DNA of 64,000 bases, taken from contig JAAPAO010000005.1 in NCBI GenBank assembly GCA_013115145.1, positions 1 through 64,000 of the forward strand, read 5' to 3'. The notes beneath the pieces were generated by a model. That model saw only the letters and a program-made list of their open reading frames with translations. It made no database searches and was not told the origin of the DNA. The position numbers and the translations under genes were made by a program. The stretch comes from Perkinsus chesapeaki ATCC PRA-425 (lineage: Eukaryota > Protista > Perkinsozoa). This document shows positions 53,812-64,000 of the stretch, one piece after another. Position 1 is the stretch's first letter. The number at the start of each line of letters is the position of its first letter.

Positions 53812-56800
53812 ATGACCGATTCCGAGAAAGCTGCAACGCAGTCGGCCGAGGAAAAGATAGCTGAGAAAGGTATGTCGCATTACTATTCGCACTAGTTCTC
53901 TTGGTTCACTGGCACTCAGTCATCTAGCAACTCAACGTTCTCCCGGGCTAGGAAGTGCGAAAATTATTTTCGGTAAATTTTCCCGTAGCTGTTATTTTTT
54001 TGTCTACGTATATTAGGGCTCTGAACTCATGTGCCATGCTGTCAGGTTTGCCCGTCGATGAGACTTATTCCCCTGGACCAGAGGTGCTTAGAGGTTCATA
54101 TGTCTACTCGGATCAAATGTACAATGAGATGTACAAGAGAAGTTTGGATGATCCTAATGGCTTTTGGACTGATATGAGTCGTAATATCGATTGGATTCGG
54201 TAAGTGGTGAATGGTATTGTTTCATTTATGATAGATGGTGCTATTGATTGCTCTTCACGGTAACATATATAATAGGCATGCGTACTTTGTTATAGGAAAA
54301 TAGTAAATGCGGTATAGAGATATAAGGCTAATTAATGTCGTATATAAATAGGTATCGGTATAAGGTTAGTTAATATTCTTACATGACACTTTAAAATGCT
54401 ATATATCATCTCCGTATATATCACCGTAAGTGATCGTGTAGTGTAGAATCTGTTAGAGACATTCTAGTGGGGCTAATGGGAGTCTAGTTTTTTTAAGATT
54501 AAACACTTGGTTGAAATGTTTTTCTATATTTTTCAGACCTTTCAACAAGGTGCAATACGATGACTTTAAAACCGGTGATATCCGATGGTTCCTCAATGGA
54601 AAGCTCAATGCGTGCGAGAATTGTGTGGATCGATGGGCAGCATCCTATCCGTCTCGTCCTGCTATCTTGTGGGAGGGCGATGAGCCTGGTACTGACAAGG
54701 TCATTACCTATAAGGAGCTACTTGACAATGTAATATATACAGCGCTAGATTAGCTCTTCCTTTATATCAACGATTTACTTGGAGTGTCTAGTGATTTTAT
54801 GAAAATCGTATTGTTTCTGTAATCTCAGAATTAGTTCATCTTCAAAGGAGTCAAATAGTGGATGTACTCTGTGGATGTCTTCTTAGCTCGTGTAGCATTA
54901 GGACCCCTATTATAGGAGTATTCGGTTGAATCAGATAGTGTTGGACACTTTTATAGCTTTTATCCTAGCATTGAGCTTCTGTATATTATTATATTATCGT
55001 TTTATTGCTGTTGCATTCAGGTGTGTAGGATGGCTAATATGCTGGTGAGCTTGGGTGTTAAGAAGGGTGATAGGGTTACTATATACATGCCGATGATCCC
55101 CGAGCTACCAATGATGATGCTCGCTTGCGCACGAATTGGTAGGAATCTTTATGTGGTATGAAATGCGTGCTTCAAGCTATATCTTCCAGGTGCGATTCAC
55201 AGTGTGGTATTTGCCGGTTTTTCTGCCTCTAATTTGCGTGACAGAATCGATGATGCTCAAAGTGCTGTTGTGGTCTGTGCGGATATCGGGGTTCGTGGTG
55301 GAAAGAAGATACTTCTAAAGGAGATTTGCGACGAAGCTGTTAAGCAGACTCGTCCGGGTATAGTGCAACACGTAGTAGTGTTTAAACACTATAGCAAAGC
55401 TGAGATGGAGTGCAGATGGGTAATAAGAAGGGGCTTGGAATAACAAGGGCTGCGCTGCGGTTTGGGACTTACATGGGCAAGTATGGAGGCGTTCAAGGGA
55501 CTATGAAGTATAGTGGTTATATTTTGGAAACTCACTTTTGCAAGTACCAATGGCTAGTTTTTATACTAATACTTAATATCGGGACAAAGCTTGATATTAA
55601 TATAGCACGTCGTTGTGGTAGCACTTATTATTCATATGTGATTCCCTCGATACATCTTTTGGTGAACACTTGAATCTATCTCTATTGAGGAGTAAGATAC
55701 TCTAAGTCAACTTTGCGAGGAAGCTCCAGGCTGTTTGAAGGAGGAGTGTTTCCTTTTACTGTCGTTCTTGAAGGTACCTGTGAGGGATGTGGATGGGTTC
55801 GAAAGAATGGCAGCCCAGAGGCCCTATTGCCCCCCAGTCGAGATGGACTCGGAGGATCTCCTATTCATGCTGTACGGCAGTGTGGGATGTTGCTATGATT
55901 AATCTTTGTAAGGTACACATCTGGGTCAACAGGGAAGCCTAAGGGCATCGCTCATAGCACTGGAGGGTATCTGGTCTATACGGCAATTACTGTTAAGTAT
56001 GTATTTGATGTCCACCCTGGCGATGTATGGGCATGTGTGGCCGATTGTGGCTGGATTACTGGACACTCGTAAGTGGTTAGATGGAGGCATTTTAGACTGT
56101 GTGTACGTGATCTGGTGTAGAGTCTGATGTATAGGTCATGCTAGGTGTTGAAGTATAGTTGTATAGGAAACCCTCTGGTTCGTTGATGGTTGGCTATTTC
56201 ATAAGAGGGAGTTTAGGCTACCCAAATGAAGCCTTCCATAAAGTTTAGGGTTTAGTCGTGTGTTAGTCGTTTACGAGCTGCACTATTAAGGTACATAACA
56301 TACGGTCCACTGCTTAATGGAGCGTCAGTTGTGTTGTTTGAGAGCATCCCTACATACCCAAATGCTAGCAGATATTGGGACCTTGTTCAGAAGTATAGGA
56401 TCAATCAGTTCTATACCGCTCCTACGGCGATAAGGTAAAATAAAGGACGAAGGCTTAGTCGTATATTATATCATCTCAGAGCTTTGATGCGCTACGGAGA
56501 GGAGCCTTTAAAAGGGTATGATTTATCATCTTTGAGGGTCCTCGGTACAGTTGGTGAGCCTATAAACCCTCAAGCTTGGCGTTGGTATTATAATGAGGTT
56601 GGCAAAGGCAAAGTGCCCATTATGGATACGTAAGCTAGGTTAGAATATAGTGGGACATCACCCCCTGCCATGTATCGTACAAAGTAACTACATAACTCTA
56701 CCATCTTCTGATAGGTATTGGCAGACTGAGACTGGTGGTTTCATGCTCACTCCCATGCCCTATAGAACACTGAAGCCAGGATCAGCCACGAGGCCTTTCT

Positions 56801-58500
56801 TCGGGTTAGTTTGGTTCTTATTAATAGATGTGCTATTTTAACATAATATATATCTTTACCTGTATTTAGTATCGAAGTGGCTTTGTTGGACCCTATGACC
56901 GCCAAGGAGGTTGAAGGCAATAATGTACATGGTTTGTTGGTGGTCAAGAGGAGTTGGCCCTCGATGATGCGTAAGAGCTGCACTCGATATAAATCTGTTA
57001 TCTCTCTTGCCGCTTGAGGAGGGCAGTCGCTAGTCTTAGCTTTAGAATAATGGGTGTGTAGGCATAGAGTAGCTGTTAATTTTCCAGTGAGCTCGTGTTA
57101 GGATTCGTTATCTCAGGCACTGTTTACGGTGATCATTCTAGAATGACTAAGCTCTATCTTGAACAGTATCCTGGTTATTATCTAACTGGTGATGGTGCTG
57201 TCAGGGACCATGATGGGTAGGTTGGGGTATGTCGTCATTGTGACTGTACTAACCACGAAATAATGAACATAGTAATCAATCAGTAGCAGTACTATTATGT
57301 ACGTATGTGAATTGGACAATATCAATTATACTCGTTAAATGCCAGAATGAGATAAATACCGCATTTTTATTATTATTGCTGCTGCTGTTCGTACTGTGGC
57401 ACATCATAATTATATCGAATGTTGCTATTACTAATGGCGAGTTATCGACTTGGTGCCATACTATTCACCGGCACAGTCAAACCAGTGTGGCTTTAGCGAT
57501 CCTGTGCTTACCGTTCTTAGGTATTACTGGATAACTGGCAGAGTAGATGACGTAATGAATGTATCTGGTCATAGACTAGGCTCTGCTGAGATCGAGCATG
57601 CCTTGGTTCAGCACCCTGTGGTCTCTGAGTCGGCAGTTGTCGGCTGCCCTCATCCTGTAAGTGGTTTCGCTGAGTTAGAATTGGAGGTCTAAGGTCGTCT
57701 GGAGCACTGAGATGATAACTAGCACTTGTAGGCTACAAACAGTATGATAGAGTACTGAAGTACTACCAGTTGTGAGTATCCTATGGTGCTCGTTGTGAGT
57801 ATACGATAGATTTTGCATTGCTAATATTGTATCATTTCGGTATCTTTTTGTCGTAGGACGCATTGCCGATTACACCGGTTGAATTTCTTGAGAGAGATGG
57901 CGCTACTTTTGTCAGGTTAAAGGGGAAGGTATCTTTTGTTATGTGATTCTTAATGAAGGAGCTGTTGAATCACCAGAGCTATCACAAGAGCTAAAGTAAT
58001 AGACTTGGGGGACAAGAGTTAGGATAAACTCGTGACTTACTCGACCGTATTCTGTGTATTCCACAGTTACTCGTTCTGACAGGATTCTTTATAGTAGCTC
58101 GTTTTCGTTGTTTTCTTGCCAGTGCGATAGATATTACTAATAACATCGCAAAAGTTGTTTGAGATATTGTGCCATGTTCAATATCTTTTACTTTCTCTTT
58201 AGGAATGAAGTGAGAAAGGCAATCGGTCCTATTGCGACACCGGACGTTGTTTTATATGTCCCTGGCTTACCAAAGACAAGATCTGGTAAAATTATGAGGC
58301 GAATTTTAAGAAAGGTATATGCTCGAATTTTCGGTCCTTTGTGGAGAAGTCGGTATCAGGTGGCTAGTGGAGTCTATCATGAAATGGGTGACACATCCAC
58401 CTTGGCTGATCCTGCTGTGGTCGATGTCATTGTTGATAAAGCCAAAGAATATCACGCAGCTGATTTGAGACAGAAAAGCTACTCGGATCACTTGAGATAA
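53812..58500 (+). CDS. acs: AMP-forming acetyl-CoA synthetase (~15 exons)
   Basis: [126 protein letters not shown]. Confidence 0.98.
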
Positions 58501-58811
58501 AATACGTATTTTGATGGTAAATCGATATTAAATTTCAAATGTGCTTTTTATTTGCTTCGCTGTATTAGTAGTTCTTTCTAGTGTAATCTTGTCGCGTTGT
58601 ACTGCTCGGGAGGTTACTCTTAGTGTGCATAGTTAACCCAAGAACTAGGAATAAGTAATGCAACCGATTCTAACATATCAATACGGGAGTCACTAGAAAC
58701 TAGTCAATAAACTAGGGAGACAATCACTGTGTAGCTGAAGGTTGTTCATACGTATGGGAGTGTATGTCCGTTGTGGGGGCGAATGAGAATATATGTCACA
58801 GCGATTTTTAA

Positions 58812-60131
58812 ATGGAAGTCTTCGGTGATTTATCGACTACTGCTACAGGCCTTAAAGGAAGGGTTCAGAATGTTGCCAACTCCTTACAGGTAACACCTAT
58901 TTCAATTTACAGAAGCAAACAAATTATTACGAGCAATTTCCCGCAGCGTTAGTTTAGTATATAAAGCATTTGGGAGGAATTGAGCGCCGAACGTCTTATT
59001 GCAATGTTGGCATTTAGCGCCTAAGTTTGTTCAAGAACTTGAATGCTAACCGTGAAGTTTTGACTGGATGCGCAGCATTCCTCAACTACAGTTCTCCTTC
59101 TCTCTTGGGGCCGTTTTTCGGGGTTCAACAGAGCCCAATGAACGTGTTTTGGTATCTATCTGATAGTCAAAGCATTCGATGGTGTTCCCCATTTTCATAC
59201 CACTCTCACTCTAGAACCCTCGAACTACGACCATAGTTCTGTATCTGTAATAGAACATTCCGGCGGCGGCTGCACACAATTATTGTCTCTCTTTTGTAGT
59301 CTGCCAATAACGAGTTGGAGTTAGGAAAGAATCATGTTGAAGAAATGAAGTTCGGTAATACTAGCAATAGCAGTGCTCTACAGGCTGAGATGGATGACCT
59401 TAAAAGGTAACATTCCTCTTGGCGTGGGGCATCATCATCACTGTGGCAGATATATCCGTGCCGACCTTCAGCGATTAGATGACGACTTCAAAGCCCAAGT
59501 AAGCCCCGGTTACTTCAGTCTAGCCTCGGCATGGATTCCCGATGTAAACGGAGGTGTCCATCACCGATGACAGATTGTATCCGAAAGCACGAGTTTAACT
59601 CTTACAACATATCCTACTTATTGTTTAACTTTATATCGGTTTGTTTTCTCCTTTTCTATTACGCAGTTAGTATTTGGTGGATTTTTTTTCTAGTTTTTTC
59701 GCTAAGTACCACTGAGAACGCCCCCCTTTTTAAAGAATAAAGCCTATGATATCCCTACCCACTGGCGTAGCTGGGTACTTGACAGTGGGGGGGCAAGGTG
59801 GGGGCAGACCTAGGGACCCTACCTTGAGCATATTGTATCCTTTATGTTTTCCGCATTCTCCATGTTCCAGTGAAAATGACCCCCTCTTGCAGCAAAATTA
59901 GGCTTGTCCATGTGTACTACACATCTCTTTTTCATCTCAGATGAACCTACAAAAGAATGAGAACGTTCGTTTACAGCAATGTCTCACAACTCTTAAAGGT
60001 AACTGTCACTCCAATGATTTGTATTCGCGGTCATTGCCATTGCTGTAGGAGAGAAGACTTCTATTCATCAGCAAGTTATCGCTATACAGAGGCGTGTTGA
60101 TGAGATCGATGAGGAGATTGGCAATGAGTAA
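58812..60131 (+). CDS. Small multi-exon coiled-coil protein
   Basis: MEVFGDLSTTATGLKGRVQNVANSLQ|...|SANNELELGKNHVEEMK|AEMDDLK|MNLQKNENVRLQQCLTTLK|GEKTSIHQQVIAIQRRVDEIDEEIGNE*; clean GT/AG junctions for most exons. Confidence 0.6.
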
Positions 60132-60829
60132 GGCTGGCTCTCCGTGGGTGTGCCTCTATAGCTTATAGATCACACATGAGTGATAAGGATTTATGGGAGG
60201 AGGGGCTCAAAATGGGTTTGAATGAACTCAACTTTTTGAGTGTGAACTTGATTGGCGAAAATGCTGGCCTTACAGATACTTCTATTATTTCAGAACTGTG
60301 ATAGTTGAACTAGGTGTCGATAATCATTACATACATAAATGATCATATAAATATATGATCAGGTAATGGTGCTGAATGCTCATTGTATATAATGATGCTG
60401 AGTGCCCATTGGTTGAAGCTCATAATGCTGCTGCTGCTGCTGTTCCTAGCATGTCATTGTTGTTAACTGTTATTATGTTGCTTTAGTCTATTATCTCAAT
60501 TCTGGTCAGGCTTGTACAGGGGGGGGGTGACCAGTGGTAAGATGTCGGCGCTTCTGGTGGGGCTCGCCAATGGAGTTAATACTTCTCACGGAAATTGCAG
60601 CGCATACCTTACAGGCTCGATATATTACTGTTGGCAGAAAAGTATGTTATGTTATATACAGTATGTGACGCAGCATTAATAACACATTCAGAGTACTCGG
60701 CTGCACGGCTCTAGACGCTGCTAGCCCTCGATACTCAACGAATGTTACTCGTGGTGGAGCTGCTCTGTGCTAATTCTCCTAGCTATGTCATGAAGGTGTA
60801 CGCGAACAGCTGACCGATCTTCAAACTTA

Positions 60830-60940
60830 CAGGGTGTCCCTAAAAATGTGCTTATTTGAAAAAATTTTCCAGGAGGGCGAATATTTCGACGACTTTTGGT
60901 ACAACCAAAATTCGATGGACCATTTTTTGGGGAGACCCTG
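60830..60940. mobile_element. 111-bp MITE, Tc1/mariner-type ends, upstream of ALDH
   Basis: Left CAGGGTGTCCCTAAAAATG; right CATTTTTTGGGGAGACCCTG (reverse complement CAGGGTCTCCCCAAAAAATG); TA on both sides (60828-29, 60941-42). Confidence 0.8.
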
Positions 60941-61300
60941 TACTATTTGAGTAGCTCTGAGTGAACACTGGCTGCTCTGCAGAATGTTTTCGTGAGATTT
61001 CATCCTTAAGTAGGAAGTTAATAGCTAAACCTATACTGAAGCACCTCACCGATCATCAGTCTTTCCTGTTATAGGAATATAAATATCATATGGTCCGTTA
61101 TTAACATATATTTAGTCCTTTGATACTTCATATATACTACTAGTTAAAGATTCATAGATACGTTACACATATTCAATAATATTAACTTTTCAATGATGAG
61201 CTGTATATTAATTATAGTATTAATAATTGGTACAGAACTATCCAGTTGCCCTGTATTATGTCTGCGCTTGTTAGTTCATTCGCTCTCCATCGAATACATT

Positions 61301-63174
61301 ATGACTTCTCCATCCGCGTGCGGGTTGACTATTCAGACCAAACTTTTTATCAACAACGAGTACGTCTCTGCCAAGTCTGGGCAATGCCTTACCTCTATTA
61401 ACCCGGTCGACGGCGAACCTATTGCAACAGTTGAGGTCGCTGGTGCTGAGGACATTGACATTGCTGTGAAGGCAGCCAGAGAGGCATTCAACACCTGGAA
61501 GGATTCCGATGGATCATTCCGCCGAGATTGCCTTTATAGACTCGCCCAGTTGATGGAAAGTCATCAGGATCAACTAGCTGAACTGGAGAGCCTTGATAAT
61601 GGAAAACCGGTTACTCTGGCCAAAGCTGCTGATATAAGTCTATGCATTAAAATTTACAAGTACTTTGCTGGATGGGCCGATAAAATCCTCGGCAATGTGG
61701 TGCCTGTTGAGGGCCATAACATTTGTCTCACCGTAAAGGAAGCCACCGGAGTAGTTGGTCAGATTATACCGTGGAACTTCCCTTTAGCTTTGCAGGCCTG
61801 GAAGTTGGGACCAGCTCTAGCTGTTGGATGTGATGTTCCTGCGTTACTACTATTGATATAATGACCCTTATAGGTACGGTTGTGATGAAGCTCTCTGAGA
61901 AGACCCCTCTCACTGGACTCCTTTTTGGCCAGCTCATTAAAGAAGCGGGTTTCCCTCCGGGTGTTGTCAATATCGTCAACGGTGGTCCTGAAGTGGGTAG
62001 GTATCCATGGGGCAGTAATAAGCCTGAGCTTGGTTCAGGTGAACTGATAGCTCGCCATATGGACATCGATAAAGTTGCCTTCACTGGTAGCAGTGTGACT
62101 GGCCCTAAGATCTTGAAGGCCAGTGCCGAATCTAATATGAAGAAGGTTGCTAGAGTCTTCTACTTGTCGCCGAAATATCTTTCACAGGTTACCCTAGAGC
62201 TTGGTGGTAAATCGCCTATGATAGTCTGCGACGATGCTGACCTTGACCAAGCCTTGGCGGCCTCGGACATTGGCTTGTTCCTCAACCACGGTCAATGTTG
62301 CTGTGCTGCAAGCCGTAGGCGTCCCTGAATACTGCTCTTTCGACTGCACCGCTCATCAGGCATATACGTTCAGCGTGGCGTCTATGATGAATTCGTTAGG
62401 AAAGCGGTCGAGCGCGCGAAGTGTAGGAAGGTTGGAGACCCGAAGGATATCGCCACCGATCAAGGTCCACAGGTAGATCGTTCCACCGAGTTTTCTGATC
62501 GAGGGATGTCTGTATTAGGTTGACAAGATCCAGTTCGACCGCGTTATGTCGTATATCCAATCTGGTATCGATGAAGGTGCCGATCTCCTCTGCGGTGGGA
62601 AGCGTTTAGGCTCTAAAGGGTAGGTGGTGAGCTCGCCATTACGGAGACGGATTTTTACTAGTTAGATATTTCATCGAACCGACGGTGTTCGGTAATGTAC
62701 AAGATCACATGAGAATCTCTCGCGAGGAGATTTTCGGTCCAGTTATGCAGATTGCACCTTTCGACGTGGGTAGCAGCTGCTGCCGCATCCCCATATAAAT
62801 CGGATGTGCTTCTAGACCTTGGAAGAGGCTGTTAGACGCGCCAACGACACTCAATTCGGCCTGGCTGCTGGTGTATGCACCAGGAGTATAGGCAAGGCCA
62901 CAAAGATTGCCAGGGAGCTTAAGGCTGGTGGGTTATTGATAGACTACTATCGCGTATCCCTTCGATTGCATCAGGCACTGTCTGGATCAATTCTTACGAT
63001 AACTTTGATCCAGCTGCTCCATTTGGTGGTTATAAGATGTCCGGCTGGGGCCGCGAAAAAGTAGGAGGTTTTCCTAGTGTTAGTGAAGCAATTGTATTTT
63101 AGGGGAAGGAGGCCCTCGATAACTACATTGAAACTAAGACCATCATGTGGCCTATCGACGAAACAATCGTCTAA
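61301..63174 (+). CDS. ALDH: NAD-dependent aldehyde dehydrogenase, ALDH1/2-type
   Basis: [54 protein letters not shown], catalytic [33 protein letters not shown]. Confidence 0.97.
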
Positions 63175-63674
63175 CTTTTTCGCCATGTATCATGGCCCTA
63201 ATGTCTGTCGCTTATGCTTATGTTTGAACATACTTCATACCTTTTTTAATATCGCTTTTCTATTTATTTAATAAGTGTCATTGACTCTCGAGTTGCTTAT
63301 CCCATACCATAGCTCTTACTCATCTATAAATAGGCAACCGTGTCGGGAGGAGTTTATTCTAAACATTACCAAGACGTTCATCCTATTTAGTGATAGACTC
63401 CTGTTAGCATCTTTGCGATTAGCACCTCGGTTTGCTCTTTAAAGTAGCACTTAGAGAAAATGAGTCAAAGGAAGTTTGTAAAATTATTGTCTTCCAATAA
63501 GTTTCCTCATACAAATTTTCTGAGTAGGCCTTAGAGCGAGTATGATGCTCGGTAACTTCAATGATAATACTCTTCTCGGTTAACTTCATAAGGAGGATAT
63601 TTCGTACAAAGTTTGGGGCCGCGCTAGCGATTGTGTCGAGAGACAGCATGCGATTTGCTTGCCGTTTCCTTACA

Positions 63675-64000
63675 ATGGATTCCCGATGGCGATCGATAGT
63701 GACATGTACAGTTTTGGCATCTACCGGCATCGCAGCATATTTTATATTGCGACAGCGCAGCAAGGGAAAGAAGAATAGAATAGCAACAAAGCCTCGAAGA
63801 TCCTCCAGTAAAAGGTGCACCCAGACGAGTGAGGCTTCCATTACTCCTGCAGGCTGGCCGGATGATTTTTGCGCAGCGGTTGACTTCGTCGGTGACCATG
63901 GTGAAGATATGCTAGACGATCGAACGTAGACCATCCTCACAGGCGTTGGGTACAGCTTTTCTGATGTAGGCATCTGGAGCTCTATGGCTGGTATAAGCAG
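63675..64000 (+). CDS. Acyl-CoA-binding domain protein with N-terminal TM anchor (truncated by window end)
   Basis: MDSRWRSIVTCTVLASTGIAAYFILRQR... DFCAAVDFV...LDDRT|HLELYGWYKQ across a GT...AG intron; LxLYxxYKQ is the ACBP signature. Confidence 0.8.

Noticed and set aside
59760-59820. ACTGGCGTAGCTGG...GGGGGGGCA, resembling a GC-rich MITE end
   Set aside because: No matching inverted end was found downstream.
63419-63973. 184-aa minus-strand ORF at the window end
   Set aside because: It is antisense to the ACBP-domain gene, whose spliced LELYGWYKQ signature identifies + as the coding strand.

Overview
Gene-dense, intron-rich eukaryotic DNA: short GT-AG introns, mostly 30-60 nt, with some of 300-600 nt. 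It is most consistent with a perkinsid alveolate (Perkinsus-like). That assignment is an inference from gene architecture and gene families. All exon models were read by eye, so outer coordinates are approximate where stated. Confident genes: a triple-CCCH zinc-finger protein, a GH18 chitinase-like protein with a degenerate catalytic motif, a single-domain voltage-gated cation channel (filter TLENWAD, two C-terminal EF-hands), selenoprotein O with an in-frame UGA (VS-U-SS) and a 3' SECIS hairpin, a 4-EF-hand protein, acetyl-CoA synthetase, an ALDH1/2-type aldehyde dehydrogenase and the start of a membrane-anchored acyl-CoA-binding protein. Most unusual: (i) a free-standing acetyl-CoA-carboxylase-type carboxyltransferase gene with no room for BC/BCCP domains, a conserved C-subdomain and a strongly degenerate N-subdomain; (ii) a six-copy array (4 intact, 2 pseudogenes) of ~127-aa secreted two-Cys proteins with a shared upstream GTGACnTATT motif; (iii) two different TA-flanked Tc1/mariner-type MITEs. 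No rRNA, tRNA, CRISPR array or spliced-leader gene was recognised.
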